Below, piece after piece: positions 9,714-20,166 of a DNA stretch of 64,000 nt. Each line of letters opens with the position of its first letter. Positions within the stretch are counted from its first letter, which is position 1. The DNA comes from Vulcanimicrobiota bacterium (GTDB taxonomy: Bacteria > Vulcanimicrobiota > Vulcanimicrobiia > Vulcanimicrobiales > Vulcanimicrobiaceae): positions 224,001 through 288,000 of the forward strand of contig CAWETW010000001.1 of assembly GCA_963812155.1 (NCBI GenBank), read 5' to 3'. A program made the position numbers and the translations under genes. Below the pieces are notes generated by a model. The model had not been told where the DNA came from and made no database searches. It saw only the letters and a list, made by a program, of their open reading frames with translations.

Positions 9714-11400
9714 TTGATTAAACACGACGTGGTCGTGATCGGCGGCGGCTTGGCCGGCATGCGCGCTGCCGTCGAAGCCGCCGAAGGCGGTGCGGACGTC
9801 GCCATCGTCTCGAAGATGCACCCCGTCCGGAGCCACTCCGGCGCCGCTCAAGGCGGCATCAACGCCGCGCTCGGCAACCGCGAGGAAGACTCGGCGCAAG
9901 CGCACACCTTCGACACCGTCAAGGGTTCCGACTACCTCGCCGATCAAGACGCGGCCACCGCAATGTGCGAGGACGCACCCAAGCAGATCATCTGGCTCGA
10001 GCATCGCGGCTGCATTTTTTCGCGGTTGCCCGACGGACGCATCGCGCAGCGGCCCTTCGGCGGCGCCGGCACGCCGCGCACCTGTTACTCGGCCGACGTC
10101 ACGGGGCTGGTCATCCTGCACACGCTCTGGGAGCAGCTCGAGCGCTTCGGCGTGAAGGTCTACGAAGAGTATTTCTGCACCGCGCTGGCGATCGAAGACG
10201 GCATCGGCGCCGGCATCGTCGCCTACAACATGCGCAACGGCGAGCTGGAACTCGTCACCGCCAAAGCGACGATCTTCGCGACCGGCGGCGCCGGCCGAAT
10301 GTACCTCAAGACGACCAACGGGTACGCCTCGACCGCCGACGGCATGGGCGTCGCCTATAAGGCGGGCATCCCGCTGATGGACATGGAGTTCATGCAGTTC
10401 CATCCGACGACGCTCAAAGAGAACGGCGTGCTCATGACCGAAGGCGCGCGCGGCGAGGGCGCGCACCTGCTCAACGCGCTCGGCGAACGCTTCATGTTCA
10501 AGTACGCGCCCAACAAGGGCGAGCTCGCTTCGCGCGACGTCGTCTCGCGCGCCGAGTGGACCGAGATTCTCGACGGCCGCGGCATCGACGGCTGCGTGCT
10601 GCTCGACATGCGCCACCTCGGCCGCGAGAAGATTCTCGAGCGCTTGCCGCAGATTCGCGAGCTCGCGCTCGACGCCACCGGCAAAGACGCGATCGACGAG
10701 CCGATACCGATTCTGCCGGGCGCGCACTATACGATGGGCGGCATCGAGACCGACAAGTGGGGCGCGACGCGCGTGCCGGGCGTCTACGCCGCCGGCGAAT
10801 GCGCCTGCGTCAGCGTTCACGGCGCGAATCGGCTTGGCGGCAACTCTCTGCTCGAGACGATCGTCTTCGGCGCGCGGGCCGCGTCCCACGCGCTCGACTA
10901 CATCAAGAGCATCGGCGACGTCAATCCGTCGACCCGCACGCTCAAGCAGGAGCGCGACCGCGTCAACGCGTTGCTCTCTCGAGCGCGCGGGACGCGCGCG
11001 CCGGCGCTGCGCCGACGCGATGAACGAAACGATGAGCGCGAATACCTTCATCTTCCGCGACGACGCGGGTTTGGGTAAGGCGGTCGAGGACGTGGCTCGC
11101 ATCCGCCGCGAGTTCGATGCCGATGCCTACGTCATGGACAAATCCAAAACGTTCAACACCGATTTGGTCGGAGCGTTCGAAACGGATTTCCTCATCGACG
11201 CATCGCTGGCGCTGGCGACCTGCGCGAAAGCGCGGACCGAATCGCGCGGCGCGCAGGCGCGCACCGACTTCCCGGAACGCGACGACGCTAACTGGCTCAA
11301 GCATACCCTCGCCTGGCGGCAGCCGGATGGACCGCCGCGGCTCGATTACTCGCGAACCGTTACGATTACCGAGTTCGATCCTCAGGTACGAACCTACTAA
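9714..11400 (+). CDS. sdhA: Succinate dehydrogenase/fumarate reductase flavoprotein, with frameshift near 11012
   Basis: GGGLAG, RSHSGAAQGGI, QFHPT, HGANRLGGNSL; ESRGA...DDANWLKH lies in the next frame. Confidence 0.93.
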
Positions 11401-11419
11401 AGGAGCGTTGGCAGACTCC

Positions 11420-12379
11420 ATGGCGCAAATCACCCTCAACATCTTCCGGTTCGACGAAGCCGTCGATACGGTGCCCCACCGCGACGCGGTGACCGTCGAC
11501 ATTCCGGAAACGACCACCGTTCTCGACGCGCTCGAAACGGCCAAGGCCGAAGTCGACGGATCGATCAGTTTCCGCCGCTCCTGCCGGTCGGCCATCTGCG
11601 GATCGTGTTCGATGAACATCAACGGCGTGACGGGTCTGGCCTGTAAGACGCCGTGCAACACGGTGATGGACGAAAACGGCGTCGTGGTCGTCGACCCGAT
11701 GCCGAACTTTCAGCCCATGAAGGACCTCGTGGTGCACATGGATCCGTTCTGGGACAAGTATTCGCGGCTTAAGCCCTACCTGCAGCCGAAAGACGCCGAT
11801 TCGGCGAACGATCGAGAGCGCCGCGTCTCACCGGACGACATGAAGAAGCTCGTCGACGTGGCCAACTGCGTCATGTGCGCGACCTGCTACGCGCTCTGCC
11901 CCGTGGTCAGCGTCGATCCCGCCTTTGCCGGGCCGGCGGCCATCGCGTACGCGTACCGCTTCATCGAGGACGTTCGCGACGGCCAACGCACCGAGCGCAT
12001 CGCGCAGATCAGCGAAGACTACCTGTGGCTTTGCGCGCATTGCTACGCCTGCTCGTATTGCCCGAAGCACGTCGATCCGCACGACCGCATCATCGACGTC
12101 AAGCGCGCGTCCATCAAGGATCGCGTGATGATGAACGAGCGCGGTCCGCGCCACGCCCTCGTCGTCGGCAAGACGATCAAACAGACGGGCATGCTGGCCG
12201 AGACGGAAGTCATTCAAGGCACGATCGGCCGCTTCAACGTGCGCGGCCTGCTCAAGGTCGCGCCGCTAGGGTTGCGGATGGCCGCCAAAGGCAAGATGCC
12301 GCCGCCGTTCGTCAAGCCGATTCCTAAGGTCGATGAAGTTCGTACGATTTTCGAATCGCTGGAGGTGCCCGTTTCATGA
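11420..12379 (+). CDS. sdhB: Succinate dehydrogenase iron-sulfur subunit with C-terminal extension
   Basis: CRSAICGSC, CVMCATCYALCP and CAHCYACSYCP cluster motifs. Confidence 0.93.
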   Translation: MAQITLNIFRFDEAVDTVPHRDAVTVDIPETTTVLDALETAKAEVDGSISFRRSCRSAICGSCSMNINGVTGLACKTPCNTVMDENGVVVVDPMPNFQPMKDLVVHMDPFWDKYSRLKPYLQPKDADSANDRERRVSPDDMKKLVDVANCVMCATCYALCPVVSVDPAFAGPAAIAYAYRFIEDVRDGQRTERIAQISEDYLWLCAHCYACSYCPKHVDPHDRIIDVKRASIKDRVMMNERGPRHALVVGKTIKQTGMLAETEVIQGTIGRFNVRGLLKVAPLGLRMAAKGKMPPPFVKPIPKVDEVRTIFESLEVPVS

Positions 12380-13326
12380 GCGCTACCCTGCTTCCCGAAG
12401 ACCTTCCGCTCGACGCGCACCGGCGCACCCATTCGGCCGCAACCAAACGGTACGGATTCTTCCCCGGGTGCGTCGCCAAAGAGTCGTGCCGCGAACTCTT
12501 CAATTCCACCATGCTCTTAGCCGAACGGCTGAACATCGAACTCATCGAACTCACCGCGGCGTCGTGCTGCGGAGCGTCGGTGGTCAACGACGTCAATCGC
12601 GACGTCGCGCGCGTGCTCAACGCGCGCACGTACGCGCAGGCCGAAGCACTGGGCCTCGACGACGTGATTACGATCTGCTCGACGTGCACGGGCCACATGC
12701 GCGCCGCCAACAAAGAGCTGCGCGACAGCGAAGCGCTGATGGACCACGCCAACGCCATCCTTCGCAAGTTCGGCGCGAAGTACGAAGGCACGGTTACGGT
12801 GCGCCATTTGCTCTGGCTGCTCATCGACGACATCGGCCTCGACCAGTTGCGGTCGATGGTCGTTCGCCCGCTCAACGGTCTCAAGGTGGCGCCCTTCTAC
12901 GGCTGTCACATCATTCGGCCGGAAAGCGTCAACGGATGGGAGTCGGCTCGCCGTCCGCACTCGCTCGAAGACCTCATCGAGGCCATCGGAGGCGAAGCGA
13001 TCGATTATGCCGGGAAAACGCGCTGCTGCGGCTTTCACATTCAACTCGAGAAAGACAACGTTGCAACGGATATGGTGGGCCAAAACATGCGCATGGCCGC
13101 CGACCACGGCGCCGAAGCCGTCATTACGCCGTGCCCGCTCTGTCATCTGGCACTCGACGGTTATCAGGCAGATTCGGCCGCGCGTTGGGGACGAACCGAC
13201 CTTCCGACGTTTCATCTCCCGCAACTGGTCGCGTTCGCGCTCGGCGTCTCGCCCGACAAACTCGGCCTCAACAAACATCTCATCGACCCGCGCAACATAC
13301 TCGTCGAACGCGATTTAATCTCCTAA
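12376..13326 (+). CDS. CCG-domain (HdrB-like) subunit, the SdhE-type anchor of a type E SQOR
   Basis: FFPGC, SCCG, CSTC, FYGCH, RCCG and PCPLC motifs; ATGA overlap with sdhB. Confidence 0.88.
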   Translation: MSATLLPEDLPLDAHRRTHSAATKRYGFFPGCVAKESCRELFNSTMLLAERLNIELIELTAASCCGASVVNDVNRDVARVLNARTYAQAEALGLDDVITICSTCTGHMRAANKELRDSEALMDHANAILRKFGAKYEGTVTVRHLLWLLIDDIGLDQLRSMVVRPLNGLKVAPFYGCHIIRPESVNGWESARRPHSLEDLIEAIGGEAIDYAGKTRCCGFHIQLEKDNVATDMVGQNMRMAADHGAEAVITPCPLCHLALDGYQADSAARWGRTDLPTFHLPQLVAFALGVSPDKLGLNKHLIDPRNILVERDLIS

Positions 13327-13350
13327 GGAAGCTCTGGTCATCCTTCCTTA
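13324..13350. terminator. Hairpin after the sdh operon
   Basis: TAAGGAAG...CTTCCTTA inverted repeat at the stop codon. Confidence 0.4.
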
Positions 13351-13463
13351 ATGCGTCGTTCCGCTCCAGCGATCGATCCGGCGTGCGCGGCGGCGTGCGG
13401 TCGCGCGCCGGCGCCCCTCCAGCCAAAACGCTAGGACGATGATTCCCGCAACTAAAAGCGCGT

Positions 13464-13844
13464 TCATGGCTTCCTCCTTACGACGTCTGCAACGGTCTTG
13501 ACGATCTGCCGCCCGGCATAGCCGAGCCCGAGCGCGCGCGCAACGAACGGCTCGGCAATCTCAACGAGGCGCGGAACGCTTACCGATCGCCGCGCGCGCG
13601 GCGGTGAGACGAACGTCCCAAGCCCGCGTCGCGTTTCCACCACGCCGATTCGTTCGAGCTCCGCATAGGCGCGGTTCACGGTGTTCGGGTTGAGTTCGAG
13701 CGCCGCGGCGACGTCGCGCACGCTCGGAAGCCGGTCTCCGCTCCCGACCTCGCCGCGCGCGAGCGCGCCGAGCATCTGTTCCGATAGCTGCGCGTAGACC
13801 GGCACGGGCGAAGCGTTGTCAACGAAAAGCCGGCGCGCGTCCAT
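13464..13844 (-). CDS. GntR family regulator, YtrA subfamily
   Basis: PVYAQL, GDRLPSVR, NPNTVNRAYAELE, RGLGTFV; short C-terminus. Confidence 0.9.
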   Translation of the reverse strand: MDARRLFVDNASPVPVYAQLSEQMLGALARGEVGSGDRLPSVRDVAAALELNPNTVNRAYAELERIGVVETRRGLGTFVSPPRARRSVSVPRLVEIAEPFVARALGLGYAGRQIVKTVADVVRRKP

Positions 13845-13853
13845 CGTGTCCTT

Positions 13854-13913
13854 GTGTCCTAATACAGTAATACACCTATTGCATACCATAGCGCCTCGAC
13901 GCGTTCGCGTCAA
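13854..13913 (-). promoter_or_regulatory. Sigma70 promoter with downstream YtrA-type operator
   Basis: TTGACG (13913-13908), 17 bp, TATGGT (13890-13885); imperfect palindrome GTGTATTA-N6-TAGGACAC at 13875-13854. Confidence 0.7.
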
Positions 13914-13919
13914 GCCGCC

Positions 13920-13960
13920 CCTTCGACTGCGCGCCCTGTGGGCGCTTCGCTCAGGGTGAC
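13920..13960. repeat. REP-like palindromic element, copy 1
   Basis: CCTTCGACTGCG-hairpin-TTCGCTCAGGGTGAC; similar to 56237-56301. Confidence 0.65.
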
Positions 13961-15123
13961 GTGGAGGGGATGGCGCCGGCGGTCCGCAGCATCTCGAGCA
14001 CCCGGTCGACCGGAAGCCCGTAGACCGTGACGCCGCGGTTGCCCGACATCGTCTTCGATTCGAAGAGCGCGTCGTAGATGGCGGCTTGCGTCGCCTCGAC
14101 CGTGGCGCCGTAAATACCGTCGAGCGCGTCGTCGTCTTCGAGGATCGGACGAGCGGGAGCCGTCACGGTAAAGTTTGCAACGCGCTCGAAGACGTGCGAC
14201 GTCGAGAATGCCAGAATCAGATCGCCGCTGCCGACGTGCGACGTCAAGCCGACGCGCCCCATGCCCAGGGCGGCGCGCAATGCGACCGCGTGCAGCTGAC
14301 GGCTGTCGAGCGGAGCGTCGGTCGCGATCACGATGATGATGCTGCCCGATCCAAAACGGCCTTTGAGCGTGACATCTTTGGGAAAGACGGGATGCAGTTC
14401 GTCCTTCAAACGTTCGCCGACCGGAACGCCGAGGATCGAGAGCAGGCGCCGTCCGCTTCCGGTATTGTCGTTGACGAGCACGCCGACGTGGTAGCCGCCG
14501 AGATCGGACGGCAAAACGCGCGACGCCGATCCGATTCCGGCCTTGAACCCGAACGCGCTCATTCCGGTGCCCGCGCCGACGCTTCCGCGCTCGAACTGTC
14601 CGGTCTGGGCCGAGTCGAGCAAGCGCACCACGTCACTGCCGCTCACGGCGCGCGCTTGAATGTCGTTGAGTGCGGCGTCGTCGCACTCACCGACGACGGG
14701 CAGCGGTACGTCGTCGCCGCGGCCGACCGCGGGATGGTGCTCGATCACCCAACTGACGACGCCGTCGGCGGCGCGTCCGACGTCGAGCGTGTCGGTCATG
14801 ACGACCGGTTCCTCGAGGTAGCCGGACTCCTCGATCCAATGCGTGCCGGTGAGTTCGCCGTTGCCGTTGAACGCGACGAATGCCGCAGAGACTTTGTGAT
14901 TCCATGGGTCGGCGTTGGGGAGCACCGCCGTCGCCCCGGTTCGAATCGTGCTGCCTTCGACTTTCGTCACATGTGCGACGCGCACGCCCGGGACGTCGGT
15001 AATGCCGTCGAGCGGACCGGGCGGGAAAAGCCCAAAGCGGAACGGCAATACGGCATCTGCCGGAACCGCGACGGCAAGCAACGCGGCGGCTACCGCCGCA
15101 CAGAGAAGACCGGCAGTGCGCAT
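13951..15123 (-). CDS. Secreted P1/S58 (DmpA-like) peptidase
   Basis: Signal peptide, ITDVPGVRVAH, NGNGELTG, GSVGAGTG, GSIIIVIATDAPL, GSGD. Confidence 0.88.
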   Translation of the reverse strand: MRTAGLLCAAVAAALLAVAVPADAVLPFRFGLFPPGPLDGITDVPGVRVAHVTKVEGSTIRTGATAVLPNADPWNHKVSAAFVAFNGNGELTGTHWIEESGYLEEPVVMTDTLDVGRAADGVVSWVIEHHPAVGRGDDVPLPVVGECDDAALNDIQARAVSGSDVVRLLDSAQTGQFERGSVGAGTGMSAFGFKAGIGSASRVLPSDLGGYHVGVLVNDNTGSGRRLLSILGVPVGERLKDELHPVFPKDVTLKGRFGSGSIIIVIATDAPLDSRQLHAVALRAALGMGRVGLTSHVGSGDLILAFSTSHVFERVANFTVTAPARPILEDDDALDGIYGATVEATQAAIYDALFESKTMSGNRGVTVYGLPVDRVLEMLRTAGAIPSTSP

Positions 15124-15234
15124 GGCCTTGACCATTGGACCCCTTCCGCATCGCGCCTGCAGGCGCGCACCGGGAACGTGGAAAACCCGTCGATACACAG
15201 CGAATTTTCAAAGCACGCCTGGGAGGGCCGAACC

Positions 15235-16798
15235 ATTCTTACCGTTCCCGAAAAACTCAAAGTCGCGAAGCTCTGGGAGAACCTTTCGGTTCCCGAACTG
15301 ATCGAGCACGCGATTGCAGCGCGGCGAAGGCGCCGTCGGTCCCGACGGCCAGGTCATCGTCGATACGCGACCGCACACCGGACGTTCGCCGAAGGACAAG
15401 TTTTTCGTCAAGGAACCCTCGAGCGAAGATCACATCGATTGGAACGACGCCAATCAAGCGATCGAGGCTTCGGCTTTCGACGCCTTATGGGAACGTGTCA
15501 GCGCGTATTTGAGCGAACGCGAAGCGTACGCGCTCGATTGTTACGTCGGCGCCGACGAACGCTACCGGATGCCGGTCCGCGTCTACAGCGAGTTCGCGTG
15601 GCACTCGTTGTTCGCACGTCATCTCTTCATCACGTCCGAGACGCCCGAGCCGGGTTTCGTCCCCGAGTTCACGGTCGTCGACGCAGCGCTCTTCCAGGCT
15701 GACCCGCAACGCGACGGAACCCGTTCGCAGACGTTTATCCTCGTCAACTTCGCGCGGCGAATGATCTTGATCGGCGGCACGAGATATGCCGGCGAAATCA
15801 AGAAGTCGGTTTTCACCGTCATGAACTACCTGCTGCCGCTGCGTGACACGCTGCCGATGCACTGTTCCGCCAACGTCGGCAAAGACGGCGACGTGGCGAT
15901 CTTCTTCGGCCTCTCCGGTACCGGTAAGACGACGCTGTCGTCGGATCCGAGCCGCCCGCTGATCGGCGACGACGAGCACGGATGGTCGGCCGACGGCGTC
16001 TTCAACTTCGAGGGCGGCTGCTACGCGAAAGTCATCCGGCTCTCGCCGACGGCCGAGCCCGAGATCTGGGCGGCGACGCACCGGTTCTCGGCCGTGCTCG
16101 AAAACGTCGTCTACGATCCGAAGACGCGCGCACTCGACGTCGATTCTGAAGCGAAGACCGAGAATACGCGCGCGGCGTATCCGCTCGAGTTCATTCCGAA
16201 CGTCGTGCCGGGAAGTCAAGCCGGACATCCGTCGACGATCATCATGTTGACCGCCGATGCGTTCGGCGTGCTGCCGCCGATCTCGAAACTTTCGCCGGAA
16301 CAGGCGATGTACCACTTCCTCTCCGGCTACACCGCGAAGGTCGCCGGAACCGAGCGCGGCGTCACCGAGCCGCAAGCCACGTTCTCGACCTGCTTCGGCG
16401 CGCCGTTCATGGTGCATCATCCGACGACGTATGCGCGTTTGCTCGGCCGCAAGATCGACGAACACCGCGTCGAGTGCTGGCTGGTCAACACCGGCTGGAC
16501 GGGCGGACCGTACGGCGTCGGCAAACGCATGTCGATCGCGCATACGCGCGCCATGGTCAACGCCGCAATCGAGGGGCGCATCAATCCCGAATTCGAGACC
16601 GAACCGTTCTTTGGCTTGCGCATTCCCAAGCACGTGCCGGGCGTGCCCGACGAGGTGCTCAATCCGCGCGACGCGTGGGCGGACAAGAGCGCGTACGACG
16701 CGCAGGCCAAGAAGCTCGCCTCGCTGTTCTTCGAGAACTTCAAGCGTTTCGAAGCGCAAGCTTCGGATGCGGTGAAGGCGATCGCGATCAAGCCGTAA
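15235..16798 (+). CDS. pckA: Phosphoenolpyruvate carboxykinase (ATP), with frameshift near 15316 and uncertain start
   Basis: [51 protein letters not shown] lies in the upstream frame. Confidence 0.93.
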
Positions 16799-16807
16799 GC
16801 GCTTCGC

Positions 16808-17257
16808 GTGCCTGTCTTTGCCGGTTTCGATCACGTCGACTGCCGCGTGCGATCGCTCGCGGCGGTCGAATCCTTCTACGATGCGCTGATGCCGGAGTTA
16901 GGATTGCCGCGTAAGCGGTTTTCGTACGTCGACGATGCCGGCGATTGGCACGAGGCCTCCGCCGATCATCGCTACAACACGATCGAGTTTTTCGAGGAAG
17001 CGCAGCCGGATCGCGCAACCTTCTTCATGGGTCTCATCGAGCGGCCCGACCACGTACCCGGCGCGACGCGCATCGCGTTTCGCATCGAGCACGACCGGTT
17101 GCTCGAAGTCGAATCGTTTCTGCGCGAGATCGGCGCGCGCAACATCGAGCGCGGAGAAGATTTCGAGTCGTATCCGGCAATCTTTTTCGAGGATCCGGCC
17201 GGGACGAAGCTCGAGGTCGTGGCACGCGCCGCCCAAACGCTCGAACTGGCGGTCTGA
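16808..17257 (+). CDS. VOC/glyoxalase family protein
   Basis: FDHVDCRV...FYDALM; RIAF; FFEDPAGTKLEV. Confidence 0.8.
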   Translation: MPVFAGFDHVDCRVRSLAAVESFYDALMPELGLPRKRFSYVDDAGDWHEASADHRYNTIEFFEEAQPDRATFFMGLIERPDHVPGATRIAFRIEHDRLLEVESFLREIGARNIERGEDFESYPAIFFEDPAGTKLEVVARAAQTLELAV

Positions 17258-17338
17258 CCCGGCGCGCACAAGCAACCGCTTCCCGGTTCCTAATGCCTCC
17301 TTCAGGCTTCCCTCCTGCCCCACGGGTATGATAAGCGC

Positions 17339-17746
17339 ATGAAAATCGCCAGCATAGCCGCGCTGCTCGCGGCTCTCACCATGCCGGTTGCCGTGTCCGC
17401 CCAAGTGACGCAAGCTCCGGCCCAGCAGACCCAACGACAGACGAATCAAGCGGCCCGCGAATATAAACGCTGGACGAAGCGGCTCTCCGGTATTAATCTT
17501 TCGGCGCAACAGCAACAACAGGTTCAGCACCTGCTCGATCAGTTCGCCACGTCGCATCCCGCGGGAAGCCCGCGCGACCACGCGGGATCGCGCGCTCTGC
17601 ACGAGCAGATCCTCAGCATCCTGACGCCCGCTCAGCAGCAGCAGCTTACGCAACAGATGCAAGCGCAGAAAGCTCAGCACGAGCAGCGGCGGGGACAAGA
17701 GGGAGAACCGCAAGGCCCGCAGGCCCCGCCGCCTCCACTTCGCTAA
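17339..17746 (+). CDS. Secreted Gln-rich helical protein (Spy/CpxP-like)
   Basis: Signal peptide; NLSAQQQQQ and ILTPAQ resemble LTxxQ motifs. Confidence 0.6.
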   Translation: MKIASIAALLAALTMPVAVSAQVTQAPAQQTQRQTNQAAREYKRWTKRLSGINLSAQQQQQVQHLLDQFATSHPAGSPRDHAGSRALHEQILSILTPAQQQQLTQQMQAQKAQHEQRRGQEGEPQGPQAPPPPLR

Positions 17747-18252
17747 CGACGGCTCACTAACGTCAATTCGACTGCGCCTTCGACCGTTCGAAGGCGCAGT
17801 TTTGTGAGGTCGGCGACTGCGAACGTCGCGGTTCGCGCAAGATTCGTTCGTCCGTAGAGCACCGCAACGACGTCCATTCCCGCGGCAAGCGCAGATGCAA
17901 TGCCGGCTGCCGTATCTTCGATCGCGAGCGTGCGTTCGGGCTCGACCTGCAGCCGTTGCGACGCCAGTAGGTACCCATCGGGCGCCGGCTTATTCCGCGC
18001 AACGTCCGACCCCGTAACGAGAACCGGCGGACGCGGCAACTTCGCCATCGCGATCAGCCGTTCGGCCAAGTCCGCGCCGGCAGAGGTGACGATTCCCCAC
18101 TTCGCACCGTCGCATTCGGCCAGACGCTCCGGCGCTCCGGGCGTCGCGGCTGCGGCTTGGTCGATCAGCGTCCCGTAGAGATCGAAGAGCACCGCATGAT
18201 AGCGGAAGCTCGCCGGGGTATGATGCGAACTGGGGAGATGCGGATCAGCCAT
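17743..18252 (-). CDS. HAD-IA hydrolase, apparently cap-less; start uncertain
   Basis: VLFDLYGTL, IVTS, KPAPDGY, IEDTAAG. Confidence 0.75.
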   Translation of the reverse strand: MADPHLPSSHHTPASFRYHAVLFDLYGTLIDQAAAATPGAPERLAECDGAKWGIVTSAGADLAERLIAMAKLPRPPVLVTGSDVARNKPAPDGYLLASQRLQVEPERTLAIEDTAAGIASALAAGMDVVAVLYGRTNLARTATFAVADLTKLRLRTVEGAVELTLVSRR

Positions 18253-19504
18253 GATCGTAACGCTCGTTAGACCTTCCATCGCAGGCGCGGCGGCTCTTGC
18301 CGCGTTGGCGACGATATCGTGGTCGAGCACCGGCTCGGCCGTCTCCGCCGAACGATCCGATGTGACCGTGCCCGCCGGTTTTCGCGTCGAGATTGCGGCG
18401 CGCGTACCCGGCGCCCGCGAGCTGGCAGTCTTGCCCGACGGCGACCTCATCGTCGGAACCCACGACGCCGACGTCTATATCGTTCCGGATGCCGAAGCGG
18501 CCACTCCGGCACAAGCCTCCGTATACGCTACTGCGCCCGAAGGCGCGGCCGCCGGCGTCGCGTTTTCGCAGCGAACCAGCGAGATTTACATCGCCACCGA
18601 ACACGCCGTCTTTGCAACGCGCTACGCACCGGGACGGCGCAAGGCGACCGAGTTGCGCAAAATCGCTTCCGTTCGTTCGGGACTGGTCGCGCCTCACAGC
18701 GACGGCGACGTGCATACGACGACGTCGGTAGCGGTCTCCGAGCGCTCAAATACGCTTTACGTTGCGGTAGGCTCGTCGTGTAACGCCTGCGTCGAAACCG
18801 ACGCGACGCGCGCGTCGATCTTCTCGATGAAGCTTCCGGACGGTCCGCTCGTCAAACGTGCGACGCGTATTCGCAACGCGATAGCGCTCGCGGTCGACTC
18901 CGCCGGCGACGCACTCTGGGCGGGCGACGCCGGCCAGGACGATCTGCCGTTCGGTCATCCCTACGAGTTTCTCGACGATGTGTCGCTTCACCAAGGCGTT
19001 GCCGATTACGGCTGGCCGCAGTGCGAAGAAAATCGCAGGGCGTACGTTGCCGGTGCGGATTGCGCGAAAACCGTCGCGCCGCTGGTCGAGCTTCCCGCGT
19101 ACTCGACGATCATCGGGGTGGTCTTCTATCCCGAGCAGTCTCGAGGGCGCTACGCATTTCCGAGCGCGTATCGCGGCACGCTTTTTGCCGCGGCACACGG
19201 CTCGTGGCATCGCGCTGAGAACGGCGGTTATGCCGCAATGCCGCAAGTGGTCTCGGTCGCGATGCGTGACGGCCGTCCGGTGACGGCCGTCGATTGGCAA
19301 AATCCAAGCGCTCAGTGGCGCACGTTCGTCGGCGGATTTCAGGGTAGCAGCGAAATGCACCGTAACGGGAGGCCTACCGGACTTGCGATCGGCATGGAAG
19401 GCAGTCTCTTCGTGGCCGACGATTCCAACGGCGTGATTTATCGCGTACGTCCGCTGCAAAAGCAAAAGCCCGTCGCGTTGTGCGACGGGCCTTGCGGTTC
19501 ATAA
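18251..19504 (+). CDS. Secreted PQQ-dependent sugar/sorbosone dehydrogenase-like beta-propeller
   Basis: Signal peptide, LYVAVGSSCNAC, RIRNA, DYGWP, HGSW, GRPTGL, LFVADD. Confidence 0.75.
   Translation: MIVTLVRPSIAGAAALAALATISWSSTGSAVSAERSDVTVPAGFRVEIAARVPGARELAVLPDGDLIVGTHDADVYIVPDAEAATPAQASVYATAPEGAAAGVAFSQRTSEIYIATEHAVFATRYAPGRRKATELRKIASVRSGLVAPHSDGDVHTTTSVAVSERSNTLYVAVGSSCNACVETDATRASIFSMKLPDGPLVKRATRIRNAIALAVDSAGDALWAGDAGQDDLPFGHPYEFLDDVSLHQGVADYGWPQCEENRRAYVAGADCAKTVAPLVELPAYSTIIGVVFYPEQSRGRYAFPSAYRGTLFAAAHGSWHRAENGGYAAMPQVVSVAMRDGRPVTAVDWQNPSAQWRTFVGGFQGSSEMHRNGRPTGLAIGMEGSLFVADDSNGVIYRVRPLQKQKPVALCDGPCGS
19457..19491 (-). terminator. Intrinsic terminator of the rrn operon
   Basis: Minus strand GCCCGTCGC-ACAAC-GCGACGGGC followed by TTTTGCTTTT. 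Confidence 0.8.
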
Positions 19505-19620
19505 TCTGGCGTCGACCTACTTTCGAGGGACCCTGCGGTCCGACTATCATCGGCGCTGGCGGGCTTAACTGCCGTGTTCGGGATGGGAACGGGTGGGACC
19601 CCGCCGCCATGGACGCCAGA
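19505..19620 (-). rRNA. rrf: 5S rRNA
   Basis: CCCGTTCCCATCCCGAACAC core; terminal stem TCTGGCGTC/GACGCCAGA. Confidence 0.95.
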
Positions 19621-20047
19621 AACTTTGTTGGGGTCCCCAGCCGGCGCGAGCCGGTTGGGGCCTCAAACGTTGATCCCCGTCGCGATGGCGAGCCGGAGCT
19701 CCAGCCGATCGCGCCGGGAAAACTGTACGGAAAAGAACCTTCAGTGCCGCCATAAGCGGTGCGTAGTATTTATCAAAATTTCCGAGCGATTAGTACCGGT
19801 CAGCTCCACACCTTACGGTGCTTCTACCTCCGGCCTATCAACGTGGTGGTCTACCACGACTCTTCACCCTTACGGGATTGAGATCTCATCTTGGAGTCAG
19901 TTTCACGCTTATATGCTTTCAGCGTTTATCTGATCCGAACGTAGCTACCCGGCTATGCTCCTGGCGGAACAACCGGTTCACCAGAGGTTCGTTCGACCCG
20001 GTCCTCTCGTACTAGGGTCCACACTCCTCAAATCTCCTACGCCCACA

Positions 20048-20088
<41 letters not shown>

Positions 20089-20096
20089 ATCGCGTA

Positions 20097-20132
<36 letters not shown>

Positions 20133-20166
20133 AACTACAGCCCCAGGATGCGACGATCCGACATCG

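Noticed and set aside
12376..13326. Heterodisulfide reductase implying methanogen-like metabolism
   Set aside because: The gene is coupled to sdhAB with no hdrA or hdrC, which fits a type E SQOR anchor
18250..18253. Divergent genes sharing one CATG as both start codons
   Set aside because: The HAD start is uncertain and a shared CATG can occur by chance; there is no supporting signal
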